From: Nannocystis bainbridge
Lineage (GTDB): Bacteria > Myxococcota_A > Polyangia > Nannocystales > Nannocystaceae
Direction of reading: 5' to 3'
DNA length: 64,000 nt
NCBI RefSeq assembly: GCF_028368995.1
Contig: NZ_JAQNDL010000003.1
Coordinates: 2,752,001-2,816,000, forward strand
The translations under genes were made by a program, and so were the position numbers. Below the pieces are notes generated by a model that was not told the origin of the DNA, did not search any database, and saw only the letters and a program-made list of their open reading frames with translations. How positions within the stretch are numbered: position 1 is the first letter of the stretch; each line of letters starts with the position of its first letter. Below are positions 61,637-64,000 of this stretch, piece by piece.

Positions 61637-62989
61637 CTACTTCGAGTTGGCGGCGCCGAACGTCGGCTTGCAGCCCGACGACCAGCTGCCTGCCGGCCCG
61701 TCGGCGATCCGGCAGAACGACAGCGCGGCCTGGTCGGCGCCGTAGGACACCTGCGACACGGGCGTGAGGTCGGGCTTCAGCAGCGTCACCGTGTCGCCGT
61801 TGGAGCTGAGGCCGAAAGGGTGCTGGCCGGCCAGATCGCCCTTGGCGACCACCATGAACTGCCCCGGCATCAGCTTCGCCCCGGCGGCGAACACCAGCTT
61901 CTCGAGGTCGTCGACGGGGTCGTAGGTCGCGTCGAACGCCTGGTCGGTGAGGATCCACCCCGCCATGTCGAGCGGGTCGGCCCCGGCGTTGAACAGCTCG
62001 ATCTCGTCGTTGGTCGACTCGAGCTCGTTGATCGCCGCCGCCAGGTCCGACATGCACATCGAGGTGTCGAGGATGCACTGCGGCGTGCAGGCCATCGCCC
62101 CGCCGGTGAAGCCCCGGTCGGCGCACTTGGCCGCCCCGACGTCGAGGCCGTCGCAGGGCTCGCCGCCCTCGCGCACCCCGTTGCCGCAGATCGTCAGCGC
62201 CTCGGTGTTGGCCGCCCCGAGGGTCTGCTCGCAGTGACCCCACGAACCTGTCCCATCGGGCAGGCGGCACCACGACACCATCGCCGTCACCCCCTCGACC
62301 GTCAGCGCGTCGATGACCGCGTCGTCGCCGTCGACCAGCGTCAGCGTCTCCTCGCTGCTCGAGCTGATCCCGAACGGCAGGTCGCCCTCGCCCGACATCA
62401 CGTCGAGCTCGACCAGCACCATCCGCTCGCCGGGCATCAGCGTCGTCCCCGCGGGGAACACGTAGGTCTTGTCGGCCGGCATCGTCGAATCGTCCGACAG
62501 CCGCCAGCCGGACAGGTCGGCCGGCGCCCCGCCGGCGTTCAGCAGCTCGATCGCGTCGCCCTTGCCGGCGTACGGCCCCGACTCCGCCCCCTTCGAGGTC
62601 AGCTCGTTGAGCGCCACCAGCCACTCGGCCGGCTCGCCCACGCAGTTCGAGACGTCGAGCGACAGGCAGTCGGGCGCGCACGCCAGCGGCCCCGAGAAGC
62701 CCGGGTCGACGTCGGCGCACGACATCCCGCCGAGCTCCGCCCCGTCGCACAGCTCGTCGCCCCCGACGATCCCGTCGCCGCACGCCGGCGCGCCCGGCCC
62801 CTCCGAGGTCACCGAAGGCCCGTCGCCGCTGCTGCTGCTGCCGTCCGGCCGGTCGCCGCCGCTGCTGCCGTCGTCCGGCGAATCATCGGTGGCGGAAGCA
62901 TTGTTCATACCGCCGCTCGGGTTGCAGCCGACCAGCGCCGGCCCCGCGATGCACAATAGTGACAGAGACACCCCTACGATTCGCCGCAT
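61637..62989 (-). CDS. Lamin-tail-domain (x2) lipoprotein with Cys-rich repeats
   Basis: LVGC lipobox; two INEL...IEL.N.G..P.DL.GW.L.D...FG(I/L)SS..ET(L/V)TL units; CGDG...E.CDG repeats. Confidence 0.9.
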   Translation of the reverse strand: MRRIVGVSLSLLCIAGPALVGCNPSGGMNNASATDDSPDDGSSGGDRPDGSSSSGDGPSVTSEGPGAPACGDGIVGGDELCDGAELGGMSCADVDPGFSGPLACAPDCLSLDVSNCVGEPAEWLVALNELTSKGAESGPYAGKGDAIELLNAGGAPADLSGWRLSDDSTMPADKTYVFPAGTTLMPGERMVLVELDVMSGEGDLPFGISSSSEETLTLVDGDDAVIDALTVEGVTAMVSWCRLPDGTGSWGHCEQTLGAANTEALTICGNGVREGGEPCDGLDVGAAKCADRGFTGGAMACTPQCILDTSMCMSDLAAAINELESTNDEIELFNAGADPLDMAGWILTDQAFDATYDPVDDLEKLVFAAGAKLMPGQFMVVAKGDLAGQHPFGLSSNGDTVTLLKPDLTPVSQVSYGADQAALSFCRIADGPAGSWSSGCKPTFGAANSK

Positions 62990-63039
62990 GACTCACCCGT
63001 TGTTTTTTGCTGAGATTGGGGACGTGAGACTGATTCGCT

Positions 63040-64000
63040 TCAGCGCGACAGCGGCGCCCCGACCGCTGCCTCCAATTCGATGAGCGCGTCCCGGCGCTCG
63101 AAGCGGGCCGCCAGGTGCAGCCGCCGCGCGGCGACCCGACGCGCCTCGACCTCGAGGACCTCGACCACGTCGAGCGTGCCCGCCACCAGCGCCGCGTCGG
63201 CCTGGCCCGCCGCCGCGTCAACCTGCGGCAGCAGGTCTTGCTCGATCTCGAGGACCCGCGCGTCGGCCCGCTGCGCCCGCGCGATCGCCTCCGCGACCTC
63301 GCCGGCGATCGCCGCGACCTCCGCCCGCTCCTCGACCTGTCGCTGGCGGATCGTCGCCTTGGCCGCCTTGATCTTGCCGCGGTTCAAGCTGAACAAAGGG
63401 ACATCCACCGCGAACCCGACCCCGAACGACGACGGCGTCGCCGGCCCCGGGCCGAAGAAATAGTTGACCTGCGCCCAGCTGATCCACGGCGCCGCCGCCA
63501 CGCGCGCCAGCGAGATCGCCGAGCGCGCCTGACCGACCCGCGTCTGCGCCGCCCGCAGCTCCGGGCGCGACCGCAGCGCCTGCTCCGTCAGCGCCGTCGG
63601 GTCGAGCACCATGTCGGCGATGTCGAGCTGGGCCCGATCGACGCGGACGCGAAACGCCGGCCCCGGCCCGACCACGCGCGCCAGTTCGGCCTCGGTGCGG
63701 GCCAGCTCGCCGCGCAGCTTGCGGACCTCGTCGGTCGCCTCGGCGCGGGCCACCTCGGCCATCGCCAGCGCGACATCGGTCGCCACCGCGCGGGCCACCC
63801 GGGCCTGCAGTTGGCGCCTCCGCTCCTCGCACAGCGCCACCGCCTGCGCGACCTCCTCGAGGTCGGCGGTCAGCCACGCCAGGCGCGCGAACAGCCGCTG
63901 CACCCGCGCCCGCAGCTGCCTGCGCGCCGCCGTGGCCGCGTCCTGCGCCCCGGCGGCCGCGTGGCGGGCCCCTTCGACGCGGGCGCGCACGCTGCCGGGG
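63040..64000 (-). CDS. TolC-family outer-membrane efflux protein (5' end off the window)
   Basis: ALRSRPELRAA, VDVPLFSLNRGKIKAA and LDVVEVLE...LIELEAAVG. Confidence 0.85.
   Translation of the reverse strand, partial: PGSVRARVEGARHAAAGAQDAATAARRQLRARVQRLFARLAWLTADLEEVAQAVALCEERRRQLQARVARAVATDVALAMAEVARAEATDEVRKLRGELARTEAELARVVGPGPAFRVRVDRAQLDIADMVLDPTALTEQALRSRPELRAAQTRVGQARSAISLARVAAAPWISWAQVNYFFGPGPATPSSFGVGFAVDVPLFSLNRGKIKAAKATIRQRQVEERAEVAAIAGEVAEAIARAQRADARVLEIEQDLLPQVDAAAGQADAALVAGTLDVVEVLEVEARRVAARRLHLAARFERRDALIELEAAVGAPLSR

Overview
A 64-kb stretch of very GC-rich bacterial chromosome, most likely from a myxobacterium of the Nannocystis type (inferred from the many Thr/Ser/Gly-linker, Cys-rich lipoproteins, eukaryotic-like Ser/Thr kinases, a kinase-linked ECF sigma factor and a DUF1592/DUF1552 pair). 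About 45 credible CDS mix housekeeping genes (ogt, hemE, hpt, add, fbaA, a Sua5/YciO protein, Xaa-Pro aminopeptidase, apbE) with accessory surface, signalling and defence-like genes. I see no rRNA, tRNA, CRISPR array or transposase. The most striking unexplained signal is a 14-bp interrupted palindrome, TGTC-N6-GACA. I counted 11 perfect copies by eye and many near-matches. It forms exactly 14-bp-phased head-to-tail arrays in intergenic DNA and is also written into coding sequences (hemE, the HSP90-like gene, apbE) through atypical codons, which suggests an undescribed genome-wide protein-binding or architectural element. Other highlights: an HSP90-like / DUF5678-like / retropepsin-TPR fusion cluster; a kinase-ECF locus with both fused and stand-alone copies of a STAS/SEC14-like domain; a KamB/NpmA-type rRNA methyltransferase interrupted by TGA-TGA; an orphan tail-tube-like gene; a tandem-duplication scar of the add 3' end; and recurrent leaderless-type promoter spacing. 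All family assignments come from motif recognition by eye, not database searches.
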